Shown piece by piece: positions 41,700-53,404 of a stretch of DNA of 64,000 nucleotides (within the stretch, counting starts at the first letter, position 1; every line of letters starts with the position of its first letter). A program made the translations under genes and the position numbers. The DNA is from Octopus vulgaris (Eukaryota): NCBI GenBank assembly GCA_951406725.2, contig OX597814.1:114266001-114330000 (forward strand), given 5' to 3'. The notes beneath the pieces are model-generated. The model did no database searches. It was not told where the DNA came from and saw only the letters and a list, made by a program, of their open reading frames with translations.

Positions 41700-42272
41700 T
41701 CATCATCATTGTTCGACCGTGGTCGAGACAATGGAATTTACTATGTTACGCCAGACTTCACGGTCCATCATAGCATTACGGAGGTCCTGTTGCTGGATGC
41801 CTGTATCCCTGGAGATTACATCAGGGTAGGAGAGTGTGCGCCCTCTGGTATTGCGAGTAGATGGCTTCCAGAGGAGAAGAGTAGAAATTACTTCTTTTTC
41901 AGCTCTACAACAATGTCCAGCAAACTGGACTCTCCTACCTTTCACAAGAGATGACACAGGTGGTAGTTTCCCATATATTTGCATTTTGGTTGGATGGCGC
42001 TTCCACGAGAGATTTTGAGCTCTCATAAGGAGGCGAGTGTAGGTTCCATCCAACCGCCTCTCAAGCTTCTTTGATAACGTCCAGGTATCTGAGCCATATA
42101 GTAGAATTGGTTCGACTGTGGCTTTGAATATTTCAAGTTTGAAGTCTCTACTTAGATTTGATGACCAGATCTTATGCATGTCATTACAGGCTAACCAGGC
42201 CATACCCTTTCTAGTTAGAAAGTCTTTTCCAGATGATGATATGTATGACCCAAGATATTTATAATCAGAAAC
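41700..42272 (-). mobile_element. RTE-type LINE 3' fragment
   Basis: DYKYLGS...ILLYGSDTW...FAGHCCR C-terminal ORF ending in a (TGA)n tail. Confidence 0.85.
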
Positions 42273-42559
42273 CACACACACACACACACACACACATACA
42301 AGAAGTTAGAATGACAAAAGATTAAACAATTATGTTGTGAACTTCATTAGCTTAAGCTCCAATGAAGCTATAGGGTGATATTCAAGCACTCAACTATGAG
42401 TGAATAGCAGAAACGGCTGTTAGCTAATGAAGCCCATAACATAATAGTTTAATCCTTTTTATTTATTTATGCATCCTTTTCGAGCCTAGCCAGGCTCACG
42501 GGCCCAGTTTCCCGATTTCTGTGGCATATGTGTTCCCTCCAGCTGAATGGGATGCCAAT

Positions 42560-42752
42560 AAACAGGAAGAAAGAGTGAGAGAAAGTTGAGGCAAAAGAGT
42601 ACAACAGGGGTCGCCATCACCCCCTGCCAGAGCCTCGTGGAGCTTTAGGTGTTTTCGCTCAATAAACACACACAACGCCTGGTCTGGGAATCGAAACCGC
42701 GATCCTCCAACCGTGAGTCCGCTGCCCTAACCACTGGGTCATTGCGCCTCCA
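42560..42752 (-). mobile_element. tRNA-derived SINE family 4 (copies 24425-24702, 38270-38612)
   Basis: Head ggaggcgcaatg..cagtggttagggcagcggact...ggtttcgattccc. Confidence 0.75.
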
Positions 42753-43692
42753 CATGTTTATTCTTTAGTCATTTTAATTTCTTATTACTACTCTATATTT
42801 GACTGATGCTTCATTCTGAAGTGTATGTAAATTGAATTCCAACATCAGGGTATTAGTATTGCTATGCCTTAGTGAAATAATATATATACATGTGTGTGTG
42901 TGTGTGTGTGCATATTACCTGCAGCTCACGCTCATATATATATATTGCCTTGTACGCACACACATGCAGATAAATCAGAGTGATAGTTCTGTTGAAAGCT
43001 TTCTAACATCAAAGAAGCTGCATGTCACAATCAATAAATCCCATTAGTAGGTCTCTACGAAACTCTGCTTTTATATAGTTTCAAATAACTGTGCTAGAAC
43101 CTATCATTATGATTAATAAAGATGGCTTGTGGCATTGCTCCAGCTTTGCCACAACCAAATAACTGAAACCAGTAAGAAAATATATTTAAAAAATATTCTG
43201 AATTCAATCTTTGGTTGTATAACAGAACATTTAATATTAATTTCAGGTATAAGGCAGCGAGCCGGGTGAAATGCTTAGCAATATTTCGTGTATCCTTACG
43301 TTCTGAGTTCAAATTCCATTGAGGTTGACTTTGCCTTTCATCCTTTCAGGGTCGATAAATTAAGTACCAGTTGTGTACTGGGGTCAATCTAATCGATTGG
43401 CTCCCCTCCCTCAAAATTTCAGGCCTTGTGCCTAGAGTAGAAAAGAATATTAATTCCAGTTATGGTTGTGCGGTAAGAAGTCTGCTTCCCAACCACATAG
43501 TTCCAGGGTTCAGTCCTTCTGTGTGGAACCTTGAGCAAATGTCATCTACTCTAGCATGGGGTTCTCAACCATTTTTTATAAATGGATCCCTTTGAGTCCA
43601 TAACCATTCACTGTTTAAAAACCAGTTTTATAGAAATGTCATTCAAAATTCCTACTTTGTTTCTTAAACATTAATTTGTGTTGGTTGAACAA

Positions 43693-44280
43693 AAGGGGTT
43701 GGGCAAAATAATGGAAACACCTTAAAATTTCAAACAAATTTATTTTAATATGGGTTAGGACTGCCTTTGGCAGTAATTACAGCTCAAATTCTATGAGGTA
43801 TGGACTTGTACAAAGTTTGAATTGTTTCCAAAGGAATTTTTGTCCATTCTTCAGCTAAAACAGTCTCCAGTTCTTGTAGTGATGATGGCAAAGGATATTG
43901 ACTCCTTTCTTGTTTTTCTAAAAAGCACCATAAATGTTTATTAATATTGAGATCTGGGGTCTGCTGTAGCCAGATAAGATGTTCAACTTCACTAGAATGT
44001 TACTCATGCCATTCAGTAACAACTTTAGCTGTGTGAATTGGTGCATTATCATCCTGAAAGATTGCATCTCCAGAAACAGTTCTGCAACCATAGGATGAAT
44101 TTGAACAGTTAAAATACTTAAAAAGTCTTGATTATTAATTCTGCCGGGAAGGGAAACCATTGGGCCAGTGGATTTCCAAGATATAGCCTCCACCAGATCA
44201 GAACAGATCCTCCTCCATGTTTAACAATTGGAAGAAGGCAGTCTGGGTCAAATGCTTCTTTTGGCTGTCTCCACATGTAG
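43693..44280 (-). mobile_element. Tc1-like transposon 3' fragment
   Basis: Degenerate catalytic segments IFQDDNAPIHTA and W..QTPDLNI; TIR-like end gggcaaaataatggaaacacc. Confidence 0.75.
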
Positions 44281-44381
44281 GGATCAATTCTGTAGGTTTT
44301 TACTCCACTCTAATTGCTTTACATCCAGATTTCTGAGTACCTTATTTCTTCTAATATATATATATATGTATATATATATAT

Positions 44382-44746
44382 ACTAGCAGTATCGCCCGGC
44401 GTTGCTCGGGTTGTAAGGGAAATAACTATATAAGCATTTTTAGAGAGTTATAGCCAAAAAATAGCAAAAAAATGCATTAAAAATTGAAAAAAAATTAAGG
44501 TAAATTTTTTTTAAATCGTTGACACATCGTAGATATTTTTAGAGAGTTACTTCCCTTATATAAAAGCGAAAAAATGCATTAAAATGGAAAAATATGATGG
44601 TAAATTTTTTTAAAATCGTAGACTCATCGATATGAATCACGACTATAAGATACCCGCTTTTGGTTAAACTGCACCACAAAATGTGGGAGTAGTTAGGAAT
44701 CTAAATCGTAGGAGACAGACACACAACTTCACTCTTATATAAAGAT
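44382..44746. mobile_element. Helitron/Helentron-associated (HINE-like) element
   Basis: tactagc...cccggcgttgctcggg hairpin end and cttatat..aagat other end; similar ends near 40494, 45525 and 56140. Confidence 0.5.
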
Positions 44747-45816
44747 GCTTTTTTTTTTCAGTCATAGAGTTAGATTTATGAAGGTCTTCAGTAGAAAATC
44801 CTTCGAATTCTGACTCGCTGCTTGATATAATGAAATTCGTATCCATTTTTTGTCAGAATTACAAATTTTGAAAACACAATAGGAACAAATTTCGGAAAAA
44901 AATCTCCCATAATTCACGGAATTAAAATTACACTTCGATTTTTGTACAAAACTGTATTTGAAGTGTTTACGAAGTATAATACGTGTTTTCACGAATGTAC
45001 TAAAGAGATTTACTCTGATATTCTCATTTAAATATGAATAGGTAAATTCGGGCGGTTTGGTAATGAAAGGGTTTATATAAGTGTCGTCTGTTTATACATA
45101 AACACTGTTTCATACTTTCAGTTTAGTCGTCCTCAAATCACTCTGTCGCTATTTACTCTCTTCCAAGAACATTTTCACTCACTCTTATCTGTTAGCTTGC
45201 CATACATTTTACTCATGTATCTATCAGCGTGATAGACAGAAACAAATATTACATCTAGTTTCACTTTATTCGTTGCACACTGTGTGTGTGCGTTTGCGTG
45301 TGCTGTAAACCAGACTAAGAAAAGCATTTGACATACACACCAGAATGTGAGTTTTCTGTAAATTTTGCTTAATTGGAGTTTAAATTTTAAAAACTGGACC
45401 TGGCAAAACCCGATGCATTCTACTCTTAAAAATGCTAGGTAAATTGTAATTGAAGAAATCCTATATTGTAGATTTCTATAACTGACAAAGGGAGGCAGAT
45501 AAAATCTGCCTTTTATAATAAGAGATATATGTATGTATAGATATATATATATATATGTATGTATATAAAATACAAAAATGGGACAAGAACGCAAAACATC
45601 CAGACAGTTAGGTGAAACAAAAAAATGGAAAACAAAATATCCAGGCAGACGATACAAGGAAAACAAGGATGGATCATTCGGAGTTTTCTATCCTCAGTCA
45701 AGTTCCAGAATAGCTTTGCAATATATATATATATATATATATTGATAAAAATGGTTAGACAAAAGAATGAAAGAGACCTCGATATTATGTAAATATATAT
45801 ATATATATATATATAC

Positions 45817-45847
<31 letters not shown>

Positions 45848-46269
45848 TGTATGTATGTATGTATGTATGTATTTGTGTGTCAGTGCTTGTCCTCCCACAA
45901 TTACTTGGCAACCGATATTGGTGTATTTACGTCCCTGTAGCTTAATTCACATGTAGATTAATTCAAATAGGTGCAGGCATGATAAGACACTTGCTTCCCA
46001 ACCACATGTTCCTTGGTTCAGTCTCCCTTAAAAAATTGGCTTCCTGCTTCATCAAAAGAAATCAATTATCTATAATTATTGAAAACTTAACAAAAATATA
46101 TTAAGTGCAGGCATGGCTATGTGGTTAAGAACCTTGCCTTCCAACCATATGATTTTCAGTTCAGTCCCACTGCACAGCATCTTGGGCAAATGTCTTCTAC
46201 TATGACCTTGGGTAGACCAATGCTTTGTGAGTGAATCTGGTTGATGGAAACTGAAAGAAGCCCATTGGG

Positions 46270-46289
<20 letters not shown>

Positions 46290-46305
<16 letters not shown>

Positions 46306-46700
46306 CCCATGCCAACCCCCTTGCTTGCGAAGACATGTTGGGGCAAGCGAAATCGAAATCGAATTGAACCAGCCAGGATCCCTGGTCTGGTGGTACGTAA
46401 AGCACTATCCGACTCGTGGCCGATGCCAGCACCGCCTCGTCTGGCTTCCGTGCCGGTGGCACATAAAATACACCAATCCGACCGTGGCCGTTGCCAGCCT
46501 CGCCTGGCACCTGTGCAGGTGGCACGTAAAAAGCACCCACTACACTCACGGAGTGGTTGGCGTTAGGAAGGGCATCCAGCTGTAGAAACACTGCCAGATA
46601 AGACTGGAACCTGGTGCAGCCTTCTGGCTTCCCAGATCCCCGGTCGAACCGTCCAACCCATGCTAGCATGGAGAACGGACGTTAAACGATGATGATGATG
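46290..46700 (+). mobile_element. Repeat family 3 with (GAT)n tail (copies ~7820, 11490, 14352, 17823, 25615, 29963, 31310, 37060, 39130, 63450)
   Basis: ...aggaagggcatccagctgtagaaac...ccaacccatgctagcatgg...gttaaacgatgatgat; source of the recurring MLAWVG/FLQLDALPNAN ORFs. Confidence 0.85.
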
Positions 46701-47371
46701 TGTGTGTGTGTGTCCCTACTCAATCCTTACTGCTTTGAGAACTAGTGTTGGTTTGTTTATGTTCTTGTAATTTCACTGTTTGGCAAAAATGACCACAATA
46801 GAATAAGTACCAGACTTAAAAAAAAAAAATAAACTCCATAAGTCCTAGGTTGGACATGTTAGATTAAAACCCTTTAGTATTCAGACTAATCTGTGTCAAA
46901 TGTGATGCTTATTTATCCAAATACTTTTGAATTAATCCGTCGTTATCTCATAACATCGATATTTCAATAATATGATAGTTTATTTTTAGAATAGCATTGT
47001 AGGGTAGGTATAAGAGGTTAGATCTGGAGATTTTTTAAATATAAAACAGACAGAATATTTGGGCTGGATATGGCTGGTTTGTGTGCTAAATCAGTGGGTC
47101 TCAACCAGTGTCCATATAACCCTTGCGGGGTCAATTATAAGATTTTGTTAAAATCTCTGAGCAATAAATTGGTTAATTCCTAATAATAATTAATCATAAA
47201 AATAAGATTTTTTTTAACATGTGGGGTCCAGTTGAGTAAAACAGGAACCAAAAGGGCCCATAGGCAAAAAACAATGGAGAATCAATGTGTTAAAGGGTTA
47301 AAGCAGAGCCCCAACATGGCCACAGTCCAATGAGTGAACCAAGTTAAAAATAAGAGACAAAACATACTTAC

Positions 47372-47455
47372 ATTGGCAGTAAATTTACGCTGTCCACGGT
47401 AGACTTTGCCATAGGACCCTTCACCAATTAATCCCAAAATATGATAGTTGTCCAT
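47372..47455 (-). CDS. STK36: STK36/Fused kinase, coding exon 1 (MDNYHILGLIGEGSYGKVYRGQRKFTAN)
   Basis: ATG at 47455, GxGxxG loop, donor GTAAGT at 47371. An upstream acceptor (ttttcAG, exon start 47469) implies a non-coding first exon. Resembles the STK36 N-terminus. Confidence 0.93.
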
Positions 47456-47777
47456 AGATGTTATCACAGCTGAAAATTAAAACCAAATTTTGAAAGAGAA
47501 TAAATACAACACTGAACATTGTTTTCTGTTTTGATAAGAACATTACATGTTCAAACGTGTATCTCTGTTTATTGACCAAGGAATCTATGCATCTAATCTT
47601 TACATGTAATCCCTGATCCCAATGGATACATTGAGACCAGTTGGTGAATTTTTAATTTCATGTATTTTCACCATAAAAAAAAGCTCTACTGTTAAGCTGC
47701 TGTGTTTCAAATGACTGATCATTAATACAAGTTTGTAATCCAAATTCCTTTCACGTGTGCTATGCCACACACATAAT

Positions 47778-48008
47778 CGGCAGCGAGCTGGCAGAAACGT
47801 TAGCACGCCAGGCGAAATGCGTAGCCGTATTTCGTCTGCCGTTACGTTCTGAGTTCAAATTCCGCCAAGGTCGACTTTGCCTTTCATCCTTTCAGGGTCG
47901 ATAAATAAAGTACCAGTTTTGCACTGGGGTCGATGTAATCAACTTAATCCCTTTGTCTGTCCTTGTTTGTATCCTCTATGTTTAGCCCCTTGTGGGCAGT
48001 AAAGAAAT
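47778..48008 (+). mobile_element. SINE family 2 (copies ~1369, 5538, 5772, 8676, 10986, 15766, 17101, 27687, 27911, 43252, 53806, 63177)
   Basis: ggcggcgagctggcagaa...gagttcaaattcc...aagtaccagtt...; more than 12 copies on both strands. Confidence 0.85.
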
Positions 48009-49937
48009 ATATGCCACACACATCAGCAAATAAACTTCACTCTATTTGCATATAAGTCATAGACTGGAGCAATGCTCTGCAACTGGTGTGCCACAGAGTA
48101 ACCTGAATATAATTTTTTACCCTGTACTTTTAGTTATATCTTTATATCAGGTATGCCCTAGTCCTAGGGATTCAATTTGTTTCAAGATGATCCAAGTACA
48201 TGGTATTGATAAGTCACAATAATGATGAAATTTTGGTAGCTACCATTCTTGGTGATTCCAAGGAAAGTTGTCTTGCTTGGTCTGTGACATTTAGGTGTAC
48301 TTTAACACTTGGCATCAATTAGGGAGCTTTCCCCAGATGCTATCCCACAGCAAATTTGGCATATAGACAAAATATACACTTTGTATGAGTAACCTAGAAT
48401 GAGTTCTAAGTTTGCAAGAGAGACCATGTTGTGTCTATGTTGAAGCTAAATACTTTGCCCCTATCTTTTTTGATTTTAATTTTAACTTTTTTTTTTTGAG
48501 TCCATAAGAACTCATAAGGCCTGATATAAGCGACTAGGATCACAACATTTCCCTTGGATGAGATGCCAGTCCATTGCAGGGTTCAAAGCCTGTAATTTTG
48601 AGGAGAGAGGACAAGTCAATTACATTAACCCATGAAGTATACCCTTGTCTTGACATCATACGATAGTTGTAAAAGAATGTTTCCAGTCTTCGGTGAAAAA
48701 TGTCTGGTAATGGGAAATATTAGTTTGCTTGGAATCAGGTTGGGATTGGTGGCAGGAAGGGCATCCAGCCACAGAAAATCTGCCTCGATAAATTGTTTGA
48801 CCCATGCAAGCATGGAAAAGTGGACAATTAAGATGATGACATGTGTTTGTGTGTGTGTGTATAATGAGGACGATGATGATGATATATAGATATTAATAAA
48901 TAACAACGAAAGTAGTACCATAAATCCTTGAGTATAATATGCAGGGGATTTTTAGGGGGCTGTACCTCTGAAAAACCTAAACCTTGTGTATAATACACAC
49001 CACTTCTCTAACTTGAGTCGTGTGTAAATAAGCCAGCAGCACTTAGTCGAACAAACACTTCCGTGCATGCGTAATACAATAATGGTGATGTTCTTAACTG
49101 TTATATGGGAATGTAAATACGTTCGCAAATTGTTTTTGTTACATGTTATTCTGTGTTTTGAATACTTTTATTTTAATAAATGATGCTTACTGCAAGTTAT
49201 GGATGATTCTTTTATGACTTCATTGCTTTCAGGCTTAGCTTAAGGTATTTTTGCACCCAACATCACAAAATGCATCTGAATAAACATTGCTGGACAGCAA
49301 ATAGAGACTTGGACATTGCTTAGAAAGTATTTTTCATTGTTAACCTCGTGTATAGTACGCACTAGGGAATTTGACCTTTAAAGTTTGGAAAAAAATGCGG
49401 ATTATACTCAAAGATTTATGGTACTCAATCTTTTTGGTTAGAGTAACATGTATTTAATAACAGTCTGGCTCAGATCTGCATTACTTAAAGTTTCATGAGT
49501 CCACAGAACACATCCACCTAGTCAGATGTTCAGAGACAGGATAAAGAGTTTGAAAGGAATTTTAAATGGTTCTTGGTGATTAAGCTTCTATTTTGGTCAG
49601 CTCAAGTCATGTGGTTGTAATGATATCAAAAGCAACAGTCATTTTCTTTGTTTTTAGTCCCCAAGTTGCAGACAGGATGTTGGTGTCACATTAATAGCAA
49701 GCTGCTGGATGATATATTCAGTGATATCAATTCCTTGTATTGAGTACTTCAAGGAAACAGTTACACCCACATAAAGACTGTTTTTAATGATTTCAAACTC
49801 CACTCAATGATGACTAGTGACTGACACCACTTGTATGACGGTGACACTCATTTACGAACAAAACCCAATGTCCCTATGAGACACAAACAAACATTATTTA
49901 CATTTGACGGATATTTGTCCTCGTCTTGTTTGTTGTT

Positions 49938-49980
49938 AACACGTTTCAGCTGATATACCCTCCAGCCTTCATCAGGTGTC
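49938..49980 (-). ncRNA. Hammerhead ribozyme motif (3-nt deletion at cleavage site)
   Basis: Reverse complement reads gacacCTGATGAaggctggagggtatatcagctGAAAcgtgtt. Confidence 0.5.
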
Positions 49981-50194
49981 TTGGGGAAATTTCGAACTTG
50001 GGTTCTCATTCCTAAGGTGTTTTTCGATGTTGTTATTATTATTATTCTGGTCAATGCCTGGAATTGAACTCGGAATCTTGGAGTTAGCAGCCTATGCTCT
50101 TAACCACTACACCATATACCCTCAGACATATAGCATGGTTGTTAAGAGCGCAGGCTATTAACCCCAAGATTCCGAGTTCAATTCCAAGCAGTGA

Positions 50195-50239
<45 letters not shown>

Positions 50240-50255
50240 CAATAATAATAATAAT

Positions 50256-50809
50256 GCCCTGATGCAGTACCAGGCAGTGGCTCTCATGGCTTCTGATCTT
50301 ACCTGATTGGAAGTGTTATCATGTACATAGTTTTGTCTTGGTATAAAAGACTGGGCTACAGTAAATATTCTGCTCAATACCACAGATTTGCTTGTCACTT
50401 GTTTGACCTTAACCAGTTGAGCATGTCCCTTAGTGGCTGATGATACGTGCATCTCTGATCACGAGCAGAAGTAGTTGGGGAGCATCGTAGCCATGTGTTG
50501 AGAGGGTTTCTTTGGGGTTTGAATAATTCACCTCTGAAAACATGGGTGTTTCATTCAATATCCTTAAACAACCTTTATTCAGGGACCTTTTGAGTGGGAT
50601 GGGTTACTCGACCTGAAGAAAATTCTAACTGGGCCCCACTGTAAGGTTATGTGCTGTTTAACTTGATGTAAGATCACCATGTCGCGCACATATGGTTGTG
50701 ATGCATGTGCCTAGTGTACCCTTATCAAACGGGTAGTCATGATGGGTATACTAGGCTTCGTATATTTTACCCCAGTGTCACTTTGATGGCACGCGCTGCT
50801 CTCTCACTC
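50256..50809 (-). mobile_element. ~550-bp interspersed element sitting in (AAT)n tracts (other copies 20905-21440, 33224-33753)
   Basis: Three highly similar copies, each abutting (AAT)n; strand inferred from the tail. Confidence 0.75.
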
Positions 50810-50890
50810 AATAATAATAATAATAATGATAACAACAACAACATCGAAAAACACCTTAGGAATGAGCACCCAGGTTCAAAACTTCCCCAA

Positions 50891-50936
50891 GACACCTGAT
50901 GAAGGCTGGAGAGTATATCAGACGAAACGTTGTGTT
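50891..50936 (+). ncRNA. Minimal type I hammerhead ribozyme motif
   Basis: gacac-CTGATGA-a-ggctg[loop]cagac-GAAA-C-GTT-gtgtt: stem I gacac/gtgtt, stem II with one mismatch, palindromic AACGTT in place of helix III. Confidence 0.7.
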
Positions 50937-51817
50937 AATAACAAATAAGATGAGGACAAATATCCGTCAAATGTAAATAATGTACATAATTCCTCATCTC
51001 TTAAATATAGAACTGTAGTAACAAACATGTCTTACAAGTTGTGTCGGTCACTAGTTATCACTGAGTGGCGTTTGAACCACTTTATGTGGGGGTAACCATT
51101 TTGATGGTTGGAGAGTTACAATTGAGGACATTTGACCAACATCTTGCCTATCCTGTTACATGCAGTCCTCAACACAAAAAAACTAATATCACAAAATACC
51201 ACACTGCAATCTACTGTCAATATCGTGCTAACATCCAGTCCACAACTCATAGACCTCATTTCTGTTTGCCTTCACTTGTTGAAATTTTTAAATGAAGTGA
51301 AAATTTTCAAATTTTATGTGTTGATGTAATTTTTCATGCTGAGTCTCAGGCTGTTTCAGAAAAAATGTTTTCAAAAAGAGGTTTAAAGTTTGATCATTTT
51401 TATCCAGTCAGAAAACAGGATTTGGAAGCATTTCAGTAATTAGCATACAAAACCACATCAATACACTAAATTTGAAATCAATTAGAACAAAATTGATAAA
51501 GTTGCAAAGTGAAAACCAAACAAAAAAAGAGTATCATCATCATTGTTCAACATCCGCATTCCATGCAGGCCTGGGTTGGACGGCTTGACAGAGCTGGCTA
51601 GCAGGGAGCTACAGGAGAAGACACTTTTCCAAGTGGGGCTGAATGTGAAATTAGGTGAGGTTAGGAAACAAACTTCTTCACCACACGGCCATACCTATTT
51701 CATTATATATATATATATATATATAAGTAAATAAATAAATATATGGCGGTGCCCCAGCATGGCCACAGCTCGTGAGCTGAAACTAGATAAAAAAATAAAA
51801 TATATATATATAAGTAA

Positions 51818-51848
<31 letters not shown>

Positions 51849-52220
51849 AGTAAATAAATATATATATATTCCAGATTCAGTCCCACTATGTGGCACTTTG
51901 GGCAAGTGTCTTCTACTATAGCCTCGGGCTGACCAAAGCCTAGTGAGTGGATTTGGTAGACGGAAACTGAAAGAAGCCTGTCGTATGTATGTATATATAT
52001 GTTTGTGTGTGTGTGTATATGTTTGTGTGCGTGTGTTTGTCCTCCCAACATCGCTTGACAACCGATGCTGGTGTGTTTACGTCCCTGTAACTTAGCGGTT
52101 CGGCAAAGTGACCGATAGAATAAGTACTAGGCTTACAAAGAATAAGTCCCGGGGTCGATTTGGTCGACTAAAGGCGGTGCTCCAGCATGGCCACAGTCAA
52201 ATGACTGAAACGAGTAAAAG

Positions 52221-52273
<53 letters not shown>

Positions 52274-52274
52274 A

Positions 52275-52686
52275 AAAAGGGTAAAGACCCCCTTCGGTCA
52301 TGAGTGACCATGGGTTTGCACCTAGAGAGTTACCCTCTGAGGCACAAGTCTGGGCAAGGTTGTTTTTTTTGTTTTTTCTTATGGAAGACCAGTAGAGTTA
52401 CCCTCTGAGGCACAAGTCTGGGCAAGGTTGTTTTTTTTTTTTTTATGGAAGACCAGTAGTCGCCCATGCATACCGGCCTCCCCTCTCCACGCCACCAGTG
52501 TTATCCAAGGGAAAGACAAAGGTCGATACAGCTTGGCACCTGTGACGTCACAACTCATTTCTACAGCTGAGTGAACTGGAGCAACGTGAAATAAAGTGTC
52601 TTGCTCAAGAACACAACACGCAGCCTGGTCCGGGATTCGAGCTCACAACCTCACGATCGTAAGCTCGACGCTCTAACCACTGAGCC

Positions 52687-52688
<2 letters not shown>
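52275..52688 (-). mobile_element. tRNA-derived SINE with internal tandem duplication
   Basis: Head tggctcagtggttagagcg...gagctcgaatccc; ~70-bp segment duplicated within 52323-52460. Confidence 0.7.
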
Positions 52689-52761
<73 letters not shown>

Positions 52762-53035
52762 AATACTATACTATATTTTATAAGTTATATATACGCCTCA
52801 TTTACACATTACACACAAAACATACACGCACACACACACGCAGTTATAGATATTTTCAATTTTATTTATTTATTTATTTATTTTACTTCTCATGAGGCTT
52901 GCAAAACATTCAGTTTCTGCGTGGGATTAAAAGCAAATAGACATCGTCTGCAATATCTCGCAAACTTCAAGAAAAATCAAGAAAATGCGAAGTCATAAAA
53001 CTTTAAACAACTTCAATATATCGCTACCTACGTCC

Positions 53036-53083
<48 letters not shown>

Positions 53084-53308
53084 TATATACACACACACAC
53101 ATACACAACACACTAGACAGTCTTATAAGTTCACAGACATCAGACGAAGTCTACATACAATATGAAAAAAATAAATAAATACATGTTTAAAAAGAAAGAG
53201 GCAAAACTGAAATAGTTTCTTTTAAGTCAAATATCTTTCGAGAAACATTTGAGAAAATAAAATGGCATGCCTGACTCTTATAAATAATGGTGATATCGTT
53301 TTACTTAC

Positions 53309-53404
53309 TAAATTAATTTACGCTTCCATAGGAAATGCTACAGACGGGACAACTTTAAACTCCACTTCGTTGTTAGGCAACAAACGTAAACAAGCACTTT
53401 TATA
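53309..53404 (-). promoter_or_regulatory. Candidate STK36 core promoter and non-coding first exon
   Basis: Minus-strand TATAAAAG 53404-53397, forkhead GTAAACAA 53386-53393, X-box-like GTTGTTAGGCAAC 53369-53381, donor GTAAGT at 53308. Confidence 0.45.

Larger units (their letters stand above)
49891..51015. mobile_element. Palindromic tRNA-head/hammerhead element, copy C (both arms; interrupted by a 554-bp insert)
   Basis: Inverted arms joined head-to-head at ~50122; tRNA-like A/B boxes; CTGATGA...GAAA core in both arms; 32-nt tail on the right arm only. Confidence 0.8.

Noticed and set aside
45670-45705. Second hammerhead-like motif on the minus strand (gaCTGAGGAtagaaaactccGAAtg)
   Set aside because: GAAA is incomplete and stems are unconvincing; at most a decayed Penelope end.
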